Shown here one piece after another: positions 39,801 through 48,767 of a DNA stretch of 64,000 nucleotides. The position numbers were made by a program, and so were the translations under genes. A model generated the notes under the pieces. The model had not been told where the DNA came from. It searched no databases and worked only from the letters and a program-made list of their open reading frames with translations. How positions within the stretch are numbered: the stretch's first letter is position 1; each line of letters starts with the position of its first letter. Source of the DNA: Candidatus Marinacidobacterales bacterium (GTDB lineage Bacteria; Acidobacteriota; Vicinamibacteria; Marinacidobacterales; DATDRI01); the NCBI GenBank assembly GCA_965226495.1, contig OZ245365.1, forward strand, positions 1,824,001 to 1,888,000, written 5' to 3'.

Positions 39801-39929
39801 AGGCTGAAAGTCATCGCGCCGAACTCCATTTGCGTCCGCGAGCGGCCATTCGAGTGTCCGGAATTGAACAAAGCCCGACCCTCGACGCTCGCGTCGAACT
39901 TGAGCTATGCTGACGCCGCAAGAGCCAGC

Positions 39930-40754
39930 ATGATCGTACAGACTGCTCCCGAAGGTGCACCGCATTTCATCATTACGATGGCGGAGCATACGAGCTTCGC
40001 CGGACAGCTCGCGAGGATTTTCGGCAACGAGAGCTTCGAGCCGGTGGAGCCCCGGGAGGAAATGCTCTACTTGATCGATCATCACGATCAAGGATGGCGG
40101 GAGCTGGATGCCGAGGCCCCCATGGATCCCAAGACCCGGCTTCCTTATCATCTCGTGGAGACGCCTCTAGAGAAGATCGTCAAAACCAGCGAGCGCTCTC
40201 CGACACTGAATTCCGAAAGGCACCCCTATTGTGGGCTGCTTTCGAGTATGCACACATGGGGGCTCTACAACGGCCGCTATGGGCTATCCGACATGGTGCT
40301 GCTCGACTCGATCTCGGAAGCATCGAGACCGCTGGTCCAGTCGATGTTGGACGGTGAGCTCGAGCGGCAGGAGCGCCTGAAGGCACAACTCGCCGCGAGC
40401 CCGGAAACCGCGAAATGGATTGATGAACCCCGGCTGATGCAGAACTACAAACAGCTTCAGTTTTTCGACACCGCTGCACTCTATTTTCAGATGCGACACG
40501 ACGACGCCCGGAGCGCAGGGATATTCGACCACGTCGCGTTAAACGCAGAGGAAGACGTCGAGGTTGCAGTAACTCGTCAAGCACCGGGCCTCTATGGCTT
40601 CGCGCCGTTCCCGTTCAGCGAAGAGGGGGTGGAGGTTTCGTTCACCGGACGCTACCTTGCGCCCCTTGCCGAACAAGAGGACCGGGATCTCGCCGGAGTG
40701 TTGGCGGCGCTGCCGGAGAGCTCGCAGACGGTCAAGCTGGTTTCGGGAAGCTAG
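39930..40754 (+). CDS. DUF3891-like protein
   Basis: MIV..I...EH...GQLA, HHDQGW, LSSMH and QFFD..LY motifs. Confidence 0.7.
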   Translation: MIVQTAPEGAPHFIITMAEHTSFAGQLARIFGNESFEPVEPREEMLYLIDHHDQGWRELDAEAPMDPKTRLPYHLVETPLEKIVKTSERSPTLNSERHPYCGLLSSMHTWGLYNGRYGLSDMVLLDSISEASRPLVQSMLDGELERQERLKAQLAASPETAKWIDEPRLMQNYKQLQFFDTAALYFQMRHDDARSAGIFDHVALNAEEDVEVAVTRQAPGLYGFAPFPFSEEGVEVSFTGRYLAPLAEQEDRDLAGVLAALPESSQTVKLVSGS

Positions 40755-42228
40755 GTTTTTGACTCTGGTCGGAAACTGGAACGAAGACCTCTAGTTCCGT
40801 TCCTCCTCCTGGGCGAGACTCGATCCGAAAGGAACCGTTCAAGAGGCGGACTCGTTCTTCCATGCTGAGCAGGCCTACGCCCTGAGCGGGCCGAGCTTCC
40901 TTGATATCGAAGCCGACGCCGTCATCTGAGATAGCGAGGTGCAGTCCGTTTTTCTCTGCTGCGAGCCGCACCGTTGCGGATGCCGCGCCGGAGTGCCGCT
41001 GAATGTTGCGAAGCGATTCTTCGGTAATTCGGTACAAACACAAGGCGATATCGAAGGGAACCGGGTCGGGAGAATCGCGGCATCGATTTGGATAGAGATG
41101 CTCTCCTTCTTCCTGAAATCCTGGCAAAGCGACTTCAGGCCGGCGGCGACTCCTACATGCTCGATCCCCGCGGGATGGAGCTCCTGAGACAGGTGGCGTA
41201 CGTCGTCGATGAGGGCCACCGTTCGTTCCTGAAGGGCGCCGACCGTCTTTCGAACAGACTCGGCGGGCCCGGAAAGCTCTCTTTCCAACATGCTCAGAGC
41301 TTCTCGACAAGGCCGCCAACTTTTGGTTCACGTCCTCGTGCAGCTCCAGGGCGACGTGCCTACGTTCGGTTTCTTGCGTTTTGATGAGCTCTCCGGCCAA
41401 GTATTGAATCTTCTCGTGACCGAGGCGAAGGGCGGCCTCGCTCTCCCGCAACACCTCTTCCGCGTGCTTGCGTTCGGTGATGTCGAGCATAAAACCCCTC
41501 AAGATGTGCGGTCTGCCGTGCCGGCGCTCCACGCTTACGTGATCTTGGACCCAAACCACGTCGCCATCGGCGGAGATCATTGATACTCGTCCGCGTAGGC
41601 GTCGCTCGCCTCTTGCATTTGGATGACGTGGGCGACGATCCACTCTCGGTCTTCGGGGTGAAGGTGCTCGACCCAGAAGTCCTTTTCGAACCATTTCTCC
41701 ACAGGGTAGTCGAGGATGGTGCTCGTCTGAGGGCCCACGTAGCGCGTTTGCCACGTTTCGGCGTCGGCCTCCCACGGAATCACGTCGGTCCGCTCCACGA
41801 GCAGTTGAAAGCGCGCCTCACTCTCCTTGAGCGCATCTGCTGCTCGACGTCGCTCCGTTATGTCTCGAACTACGGCGCTAATGCCCCACACCGTGCCGCA
41901 GTCTCCGATCAAGGGGTAGTAGCTGGCATAGCCAGTCTCGGCGGCCGTCCGGATCGGTCGGGGATGGGCCGCAGACTTCGAGATCCAGGACCGGCTGCCC
42001 ATTTTCGAGTATTTGGCGAAGCACCGGCTCCAGTCGCGGTGCGACCTCCGGGATCACCTCATGAAAGTGGCGACCGATGTGCTTTGAGACCGGCTTACCA
42101 TTAATCTGAGCCAGTCTCTCGTTGACGCGTTGGTAACGCAGCTCGCCAAGCCGAAGGGGGCGGTGTCGTATAGGTGCAACAGCTCGAAGGACCTCGTCTT
42201 CGGGCCTCAGCTTTTCAGGGGCAGCCAT
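40732..42228 (-). pseudogene. Degraded PAS-PAS-HisKA_3 sensor kinase
   Basis: PAS (VNERLAQING; LHPEDRE), ETERRHVALELHE, SQELHP and DDGVGF..GLLSMEER distributed over at least four ORFs. Confidence 0.85.
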
Positions 42229-42249
42229 GTGTCTCGGATTCGTCTCTTC

Positions 42250-43032
42250 TCAGGGCGTGGGAAGCTGTGCGTCGGGGCCGAGCGGCGCTTGAACCTCCCA
42301 TACGCCGCGATCGAAGTCTCGAACCAACGTCCTCATGTGGTCCATCACTGTTTTGAATTCCGCTGTTCCGCCGATAGCCTCGGCGTCTTTGCGACGGGCC
42401 TCGGCGTTTGGATAGCCCATCTGCCAGATGACCTCCGGAAGCTCGCCAACCGGATCCACGATGCGATCCAGGACACGACCGCTCGGATACTTCAGCTGTT
42501 CGCGTACTTCACTCGCATGGATGCGATGACTCAGCATCGCACCGCGCTGGTCGGGGTTTGCGTAGTACCAGTTGGTAACGACGATCCCTCCCGGAGGCTG
42601 AGCGGTGGGGGAGAGTCCCGCCTTAGTGAGTATCACCGGTGACAACGGATCCTTAACCTGCCACAGGGTTCGCTCGAAACGCTGGATCAGAGTTCGCATA
42701 CGGTCCCGAACGCCTTCGAACGCGTCGCTTGCGGCACGTGCATCCATATCCCGATCGTGAGCGGCGATGTCGGCGAACTCACACTCCCAAATCACGTCCG
42801 GAAGCTTGTCGGCGTCGTTGATGCGCCGCAACACGCGGCCGCGAGGCAAACCAAGACGATCACGGACGACGGAGGCGTACAGACGGGTCTCCAGCACATC
42901 ATCGGCCATGCCGGGGTTGGCGTAATACATGTTGAAGACGACAAGGTGGCCGGAGTCGCCTTGGGCGTAACCCTTTTGGCAGGGCAACAAATTGAGGCCA
43001 AAGAGCACTAAAACGGTGCAAAAGGTTTTCAC
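42250..43032 (-). CDS. Secreted protein with two tandem NIPSNAP-like barrel domains
   Basis: Signal peptide from GTG 43032 (GGAGGAG RBS); internal repeat YYANP...R..AS.VR..L..P.GRVL...LP.VIW occurs twice. Confidence 0.7.
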   Translation of the reverse strand: MKTFCTVLVLFGLNLLPCQKGYAQGDSGHLVVFNMYYANPGMADDVLETRLYASVVRDRLGLPRGRVLRRINDADKLPDVIWECEFADIAAHDRDMDARAASDAFEGVRDRMRTLIQRFERTLWQVKDPLSPVILTKAGLSPTAQPPGGIVVTNWYYANPDQRGAMLSHRIHASEVREQLKYPSGRVLDRIVDPVGELPEVIWQMGYPNAEARRKDAEAIGGTAEFKTVMDHMRTLVRDFDRGVWEVQAPLGPDAQLPTP

Positions 43033-43311
43033 TCGACTCCTCCCAGATCTGAGGCTGGATGTTAATAGAGCGGAGGCGATCCGGGCAACCGGCTCGCCTT
43101 TTCGAACCGTGTAGGTGAAAAATGCCGTGCGTGTCAACTCCCGAATCCCACACAAAACTCTGCTAAGATACCGCGGCCGTGAGAGGGAGCGCCATGAAAG
43201 AGAACCAAACGCTAGGATCTGGAAGAAACATCCCGGTGAGGAGCTCGGCGATACCGGGGGCTTGATATTTCCCGCAATTTGCCGGAAGATCTACGTCACC
43301 ACTACCAAAGG

Positions 43312-43389
43312 GGCGGGGTAGCTCAGTCTGGTTAGAGCGACGGACTCATAACCCGTAGGTCGGCGGTTCAAGTCCGCCCCCCGCTACCA
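43312..43389 (+). tRNA. tRNA-Met(CAT), probably elongator
   Basis: GGCGGGGTAGCTCAG..ACGGA-CTCATAA-CCCGT..GGTTCAAGTCC..CCCCGCTACCA; paired 1:72 and no 3GC anticodon stem. Confidence 0.95.
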
Positions 43390-43418
43390 ACTTCCTCCGA
43401 TTCCATCTGTCGGAGCTT

Positions 43419-43885
43419 TTGCGGCAGTCCCGGCGTGTCGAGTCCGAGCTCGTCGCACATATTGCCGAGGTGGACGAGCGGCGACTCTATGCACGTGAAG
43501 CCTGCCCATCGACGTTCGCCTACTGCACCGAGTCCTTGAATATGTCGGAGGCCGAGGCCTATCTCCGAATTGGAGTGGCGCGCGCTTCGTGGAGACACAC
43601 AGTCAGCGTTGCACGGAACGTGACCAACTGCAGTTTCACCACCGGCGGCCCTACGTCCGTCGCGGCGACCACTCCCTGGAAAACATCCACTTGATGTGTC
43701 CCACGCACAACGCCTACCTTGCCGAGTGCGACTACGGCAAAGGAGTGATGGAGAAGTACAGGCGCTCTGGACGCTGTGTGCGGGAACCGGCGCCTGTCTG
43801 CTCCATCGAGACAACCGACTGGCACGGCCGAATCGGGGCGGTTATGTCACGTACACTGCCCAGCCACTATCAAGCAACTCGTTGA
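43419..43885 (+). pseudogene. Internally deleted DUF222-like/HNH endonuclease remnant
   Basis: LVAHIAEVDERRLY..FAYC..SEAEAYLRI joined out of frame to RC..LQFHH..P..GDHSLENIHLMCPTHN. Confidence 0.75.
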
Positions 43886-44602
43886 GGAACAAACCGCGAA
43901 TTAACTCGGGATAATCGTGCGCGGGACGGTACACGATGCACGGATTGAAAACGAGGCAATAGCCGAGCTGGTAGCCCGGGTGCTGACCGTCGCGCTTGCC
44001 GGGGATCGGCTCGCCCGGTGAGTCCCCATCTTCACGCATGTTCAGCTCCGGATTCGGTGTGTAAGAAAGTTTGGTGGGTGGATCATTGAGTAGGTAGTCG
44101 GAGGGCGCCTCCACCGACGATTCGGACGGTCCACTTTCGCACCGATGAGGGCTTCGGGTCACGTTCTCTGTAAGTCGTACCTGCCACTTGTTAGCCTATC
44201 TCGATTAAAACAGTCGGTGGGAGGTTTGACAGGAGCCTCAGAAGGGCCTGCCTGCTCCATTAGCTTTTGGGGCTTGAGAACCAGTCGGGTTTTGGAGCAA
44301 AATAATGGGGTCTCCGGACCCCGACCGGAGAGCAGGTAAAAATGGCAGGAGGAAACTCATGCGTATGAGGACGATAGCGCCGTCAATCATTGGCATTATT
44401 GTGGCGGCTAACTTCGCCGTAGGTCAGTCTCTCGCGGAGCTCGCAGAGAAAGAAAAGGAGAGGCGGAAGAGCAACGACCAGGAAGCAACCATCGTGGTCA
44501 AGAACAGGGGAGTATGGCTGGTCCCGGTGACCTGCTCCCTAAAAACTGTGACAAGTCGAAAGCAGAAGTGAGCTGAGATAATGGCCGGGAAAAGGAGCGG
44601 TC

Positions 44603-44869
44603 ATGAAGAAGAAGCGGTTCACAGAGGAGCAGATCATCGGGGTCTTGAAAGAGGCGGACGCGGGCATGGCGGTGACGGAGCTTTGCCGCAAGCACGGGAT
44701 GTCGAACCCGACGTTCTACAAGTGGCGAGCGAAGTACGGTGGCATGGACGTGCCGGATGCGCGACGTCTGAAACAACTCGAGGATGAGAACCGGCGCCTG
44801 AAGGGCTTGGTGGCAGACCAGGCGTTGGACATCCAGATGCTGAAAGCCGTGAACGCAAAAAAATGGTGA
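44603..44869 (+). CDS. IS3 transposase OrfA
   Basis: [31 protein letters not shown]; ends at the A7 slippery site 44857-44863. Confidence 0.95.
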   Translation: MKKKRFTEEQIIGVLKEADAGMAVTELCRKHGMSNPTFYKWRAKYGGMDVPDARRLKQLEDENRRLKGLVADQALDIQMLKAVNAKKW

Positions 44870-45687
44870 GTCCTGCCGTGAAGCGCGAGGCGGCGACGTG
44901 GCTGACGGAGAAATTCAGAGTCAGTCAACGTCGTGCGTGCAGGACGTTGGAGCTCAGCCTCGGTACATGCCGCTATATCAGTCGTCGCGACGATGGTGGT
45001 GTAATACGTGAACGGATGCTCGCCATGGCCGAACAACGCCCTCGGTTCGGATACCGTCGCCTCTGGGTTCTACTTCGCCGCGAAGGCCACCGGGTCAATG
45101 TGAAGCGCGTCTACCGTTTGTATCGTATTGAAGGACTGAAGCTTCGAACGAAGAAGCGCAAGCGGGTATCCCACGAACACCGGACGCCGTTGCGTGAACC
45201 CAACACGGTGAACGAGCGATGGTCGATGGATTTCGTCTCGGACCAGCTCGCCAACTCTCTCCGATTCCGTACGCTCAACGTCGTCGATGATTGCAGCCGC
45301 GAGGCGTTGGTGATCGAAGTCGCCAGATCCTTGCCCGGCTCAGCGGTTGTCAACGCGCTCGAAGCGGTCGCTGAACTACGCGGCTACCCAGAACAGATTG
45401 TCATCGACAACGGTCCGGAATTTCGAGGTCGCATCCTCGACGCCTGGGCCTACGAACATGGCGTCGAGCTCCGGTTCATCGAGCCTGGGAAGCCGACACA
45501 GAACGCGTTCGTAGAAAGTTTCAACGGTCGGTTCCGAGACGAGTGTCTCAACCAGCACTGGTTCGTCAGCCTGGCAGACGCCCAGCGCACAATCGAACAA
45601 TGGCGCCAGGATTACAACACGGCGCGACCCCACAGCTCGCTCGGCAATCGAACACCAGCTGAGTTTGCTCGGGAACGCGTCGCATGA
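44863..45687 (+). CDS. IS3 transposase OrfB (DDE integrase core), -1 frame
   Basis: [27 protein letters not shown] and RPHSSLG motifs. Confidence 0.95.
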   Translation: MVSPAVKREAATWLTEKFRVSQRRACRTLELSLGTCRYISRRDDGGVIRERMLAMAEQRPRFGYRRLWVLLRREGHRVNVKRVYRLYRIEGLKLRTKKRKRVSHEHRTPLREPNTVNERWSMDFVSDQLANSLRFRTLNVVDDCSREALVIEVARSLPGSAVVNALEAVAELRGYPEQIVIDNGPEFRGRILDAWAYEHGVELRFIEPGKPTQNAFVESFNGRFRDECLNQHWFVSLADAQRTIEQWRQDYNTARPHSSLGNRTPAEFARERVA

Positions 45688-46319
45688 TGGCCGTGTCTCG
45701 TGGATCTTCTGCCTTCGGGTCATACTAGAAAAAGGGGGCAGGTCACCGGAGGAGCCGGAGAGTGAGGACTCGGCGGAGCCCGTCGGCGAGTCTGAGAATG
45801 CCAAGGGGCGGGCTAGCAAGCAGGAAATCCCCGCAATAGAAGAGTGTAGGGTTGCCCAGGACACTCTCGGCGACTTGAAGCGCGACCAACGACAGTTAGA
45901 GACGCGGTACCTTCAACTCCGCAGGAAGGCACAGACCGCGAGAATTCTCGACACGCACGGACGCCGGGAGTTGGAAGAGGACGATTGGCGAGTTTCCCGC
46001 GATGAGGGTAACGAGATTCTCGGGGAGCTGACAGCGGTTAGGGCCGGGCTCAACGACACGAATACAAAGGTTGACACCTACTTGCAGAGGGTCTCAGAAA
46101 CCTGCCAATAGAGTTACCGAGCGGTGCTCTAGCTTGGTGTCTCCGCCGGGACTCGCCGTCGTTCACCGGCCCCCAGGTTTTCCTCGCCGGCGGGAGTATG
46201 TTACTTTCCCGATCGAGATTTGGTCTCCGAGTATCAAAACATAGCTACTACGGCCTCCGCGCCAGGCTTCAGGTAAGCTCTGGCTCGAAGCGTCTAAAAA
46301 AGAAGATGGCCCCCTTAAC

Positions 46320-46928
46320 GTGAAGCACCACATCAAACAATACCCTCTGGAGCAAGGCGCTTTGGAGATCGAGTTCATCGAAGAGTTTTTCGGAGAGTTC
46401 GACCGGAAGAAGCGCGCCGCGGAGATTATTGAACGCCTTGCCGATCGAAGTCACCTCATTCTTTTCGCCGAAGCGGCGCTGCCCCACGACCCGTCCCAAA
46501 CGGCTCCGGTTTCGTTCAAGGTAGCGCACGAGATCTTTCAGCATGAGAAAGACCCGTCCCTGGCCGACCTCGTGAAACGACTGGACGGTCCCGTTAACTT
46601 CTACGGCCGGCGCGTACTGTATAGCTGGATCGGTGGCACGCGCCGAGATTGGCGCGGACAAGGGCACTTCCGGGCACTCACCGAACAACAGGAAGTCTGG
46701 GCGGTGGGCCAGGGTTTTCACGAGGTGGTGGTCAAGACCAAGAACAAGTTCTATGAGATGCGCGGCACGCTCACGCATCTCTGTTTCGATGTCATCAAAT
46801 ACGAACGAGACCCGACCGCTAACCAGGAGTCCAAGGTCTACCTGAGCAAACAGCTCGGGTTGGATTTGCTCAAAGAACACCGGAGCGAGAAAACAGTCGT
46901 CCAAGCGGTTTCGAAGCCGAAGGACTAA
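46320..46928 (+). CDS. GNAT family acetyltransferase
   Basis: YSWIGG....WRGQG.FRAL (motif A) and VKTKNKFYEM. Confidence 0.75.
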   Translation: MKHHIKQYPLEQGALEIEFIEEFFGEFDRKKRAAEIIERLADRSHLILFAEAALPHDPSQTAPVSFKVAHEIFQHEKDPSLADLVKRLDGPVNFYGRRVLYSWIGGTRRDWRGQGHFRALTEQQEVWAVGQGFHEVVVKTKNKFYEMRGTLTHLCFDVIKYERDPTANQESKVYLSKQLGLDLLKEHRSEKTVVQAVSKPKD

Positions 46929-47139
46929 CAGCCCCCCGCTAGTTTCGGTGGCCGATCCCGGAGACGCAAGTGGCGAGATGGGATCTGACCGTCGTCTGGC
47001 CACGCTTTTTCCTTGCACATCGTATTTTGACGGCAAAACAAGTGTCAGCGGGGCGGAACTGTTGGAAACCTCACATAAACGCAAGCTAGAGGACATGCTC
47101 GAACGGTAGCGAACGTATACTGGCGGGTGGAGGTGGTCG

Positions 47140-48129
47140 ATGCTTCTGCACGCAGTCGTCCTATACACGATGCTGGCTCCCAGCCAGAAGATCGTTCAGG
47201 TTGTTGAAAAAGACGCCATACCGGCGATCGATGATCCCAAGTTCGTGAGCGCTGAGGAGGGTGACAAGTTCCTGTCCGACAACGAGCTCGTCATCGGGCT
47301 CTTCGATGGGGAGGCGGCGAAGGCTTACTCCGCCTGGATACTCGATGGACACGAGATCGTGAACGACCGGCTCGGAGACACACCCGTCGCCGTTACTTGG
47401 TGACCACTCGCGCATACGGGCATCGTGTATGCCCGCGAAGTGGAAGGGGAGGAGCTCACCTTCGGTGTCAGCGGAAAGCTCATCGAGGATTCTTTGGTGA
47501 TGTACGATCGCGAGACCGATAGCCTCTGGCCGCAGATCGATGGGACCGCGATCTCGGGACGCTACGAAGGCAAGCAGCTTCGTTCCATCGCCTCCTCGCT
47601 CTTAACCTGGAAGGAATGGAAGAAGCTCCATCCGGAGACGCTCGTGCTCCACACCGGAGAACGCGCGCGCGGCTCGGCTTACGCGAGCTATTTCAATGAC
47701 CGTTCCATCGGGATCGGTTACGCGACGGTGACCGACAAACGCCTGCACGGGAAGGAAAAGGTGATCGGCGTCTACGTCGAGGGGCAAACGTTGGTATTTC
47801 CTCTGAAGAAGCTCAAGAAAAAAAAGTCGGCTCAAGTGCGGCTGGCCGGAGTGCCTTTGGTGGCGGCCTACGCCAAGGGTGCGAAGACCGCGGTGGCGTT
47901 TTTGGCCCGGTCGGAGAACGGCCGCGAGTTGACGTTCGGCGAAGTCGAGAAGGAAGACGATCGCCTGACGATGAAGGACGAGCAGACGGGTACGACATGG
48001 CTGGTCCTTTCGGGAGAAGCCATTGTCGGTCCTCTTAAGGGCGAGCACCTAGAGCCGGCCCGCGCTCTCGTTGCCTTTTGGTACGCGTGGCAGACCTTCA
48101 ACCGCGATTCCGAGATCTGGGGAGAGTAG
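47140..48129 (+). CDS. DUF3179-family exported selenoprotein (UGA at 47401-47403 read as Sec)
   Basis: KDAIPAIDDPKF..HEIVND..VTW-UGA-PLAHTG..FGVSGKL...LVMYDRETDSLWPQ..G..FWYAW; both ORFs share a frame; hairpin 3' of the UGA. Confidence 0.85.
47410..47437 (+). promoter_or_regulatory. Putative bacterial SECIS element
   Basis: CGGGCAT (47417-47423), loop CGTGT, ATGCCCG (47429-47435); the G-containing loop starts about 20 nt after the UGA. Confidence 0.6.
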
Positions 48130-48141
48130 GAGGAACCGGCG

Positions 48142-48755
48142 TCAGGCGGCCGCTTGCGGCTCTTTGGGCTCTTCTTCTTCGATTGCCATCAAAAATGCGG
48201 CGGCGAGGCACTCCAATAGCAGCAGCATGCTCGTAAAGGACTTCGTCATGACGACGCTTTTTTCCGCCGCTTCCGCCACTAGCTTCCGCCGGCAGACGCC
48301 CGCCAACTGGCTGTCGGCGTGACAGGTTACGGCGACCGTCTCGGCCCCCATTTTTTTTCCCAGGAGCTCGGCCGCCCTAACCGCCTCCGTCGTTTCGCCG
48401 GACCGGGAGATGACGATTCCCGCCGGCTTACCGGTTCGGGAAAAGAGGGAGCTCGGATGCAGGAACACGTCGGAAGCTGTATTTGGATGGGTGCTAGAAA
48501 TTCTAGCGTCGAGAGGGATGATAGATGGCAAGACACGGTCACGGCGCGACCGGCGCGACCCGCGATGGCGGTCCAGGCCGACGCCGCAGAGAGGGCCAGG
48601 TAGTACGAGGTCCCGCAGCCGGTGAAGAGCAATCTCTTGTCGGCAAACCCTTCGAGCGTGGCCCGGATGTTCTCTCCATCCGAACGGAAGCGGTCGAACG
48701 TTTTAGCCCAAGCCTGGGGCTGCTCTTTGATTTCAGTCTCAGTAAAGGTGGTCAT
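48142..48755 (-). pseudogene. SIS-domain sugar isomerase (AgaS/GlmS-like), interrupted and truncated
   Basis: EIKEQP, GCGTSY, ISRSGETTE and EKSVVMTKSFTS motifs; 59-nt insert at 48478-48536; second SIS domain missing. Confidence 0.85.
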
Positions 48756-48767
48756 AGTCTTAGGGAA

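Larger units (their letters stand above)
44528..45745 (+). mobile_element. IS3 family (IS407-group-like) insertion sequence, 1218 bp
   Basis: IRL TGACCTGCTCCCT and IRR revcomp TGACCTGCCCCCT; 4-bp target duplication CCGG (44524-44527, 45746-45749). Confidence 0.95.
44359..46111 (+). pseudogene. Secreted coiled-coil protein interrupted by the IS
   Basis: AGGAGG RBS; signal peptide plus QSLAELAEKEKERRK; removing the IS and one CCGG restores a 176-aa ORF. Confidence 0.8.

Noticed and set aside
43842-44162. 106-aa minus-strand ORF next to the HNH remnant
   Set aside because: No recognisable motif or RBS, so it cannot be supported as a gene.
46269-47168. 299-aa minus-strand ORF and similar long antisense ORFs across the window
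   Set aside because: They shadow well-supported genes on the opposite strand and lack motifs, as expected in GC-rich DNA.
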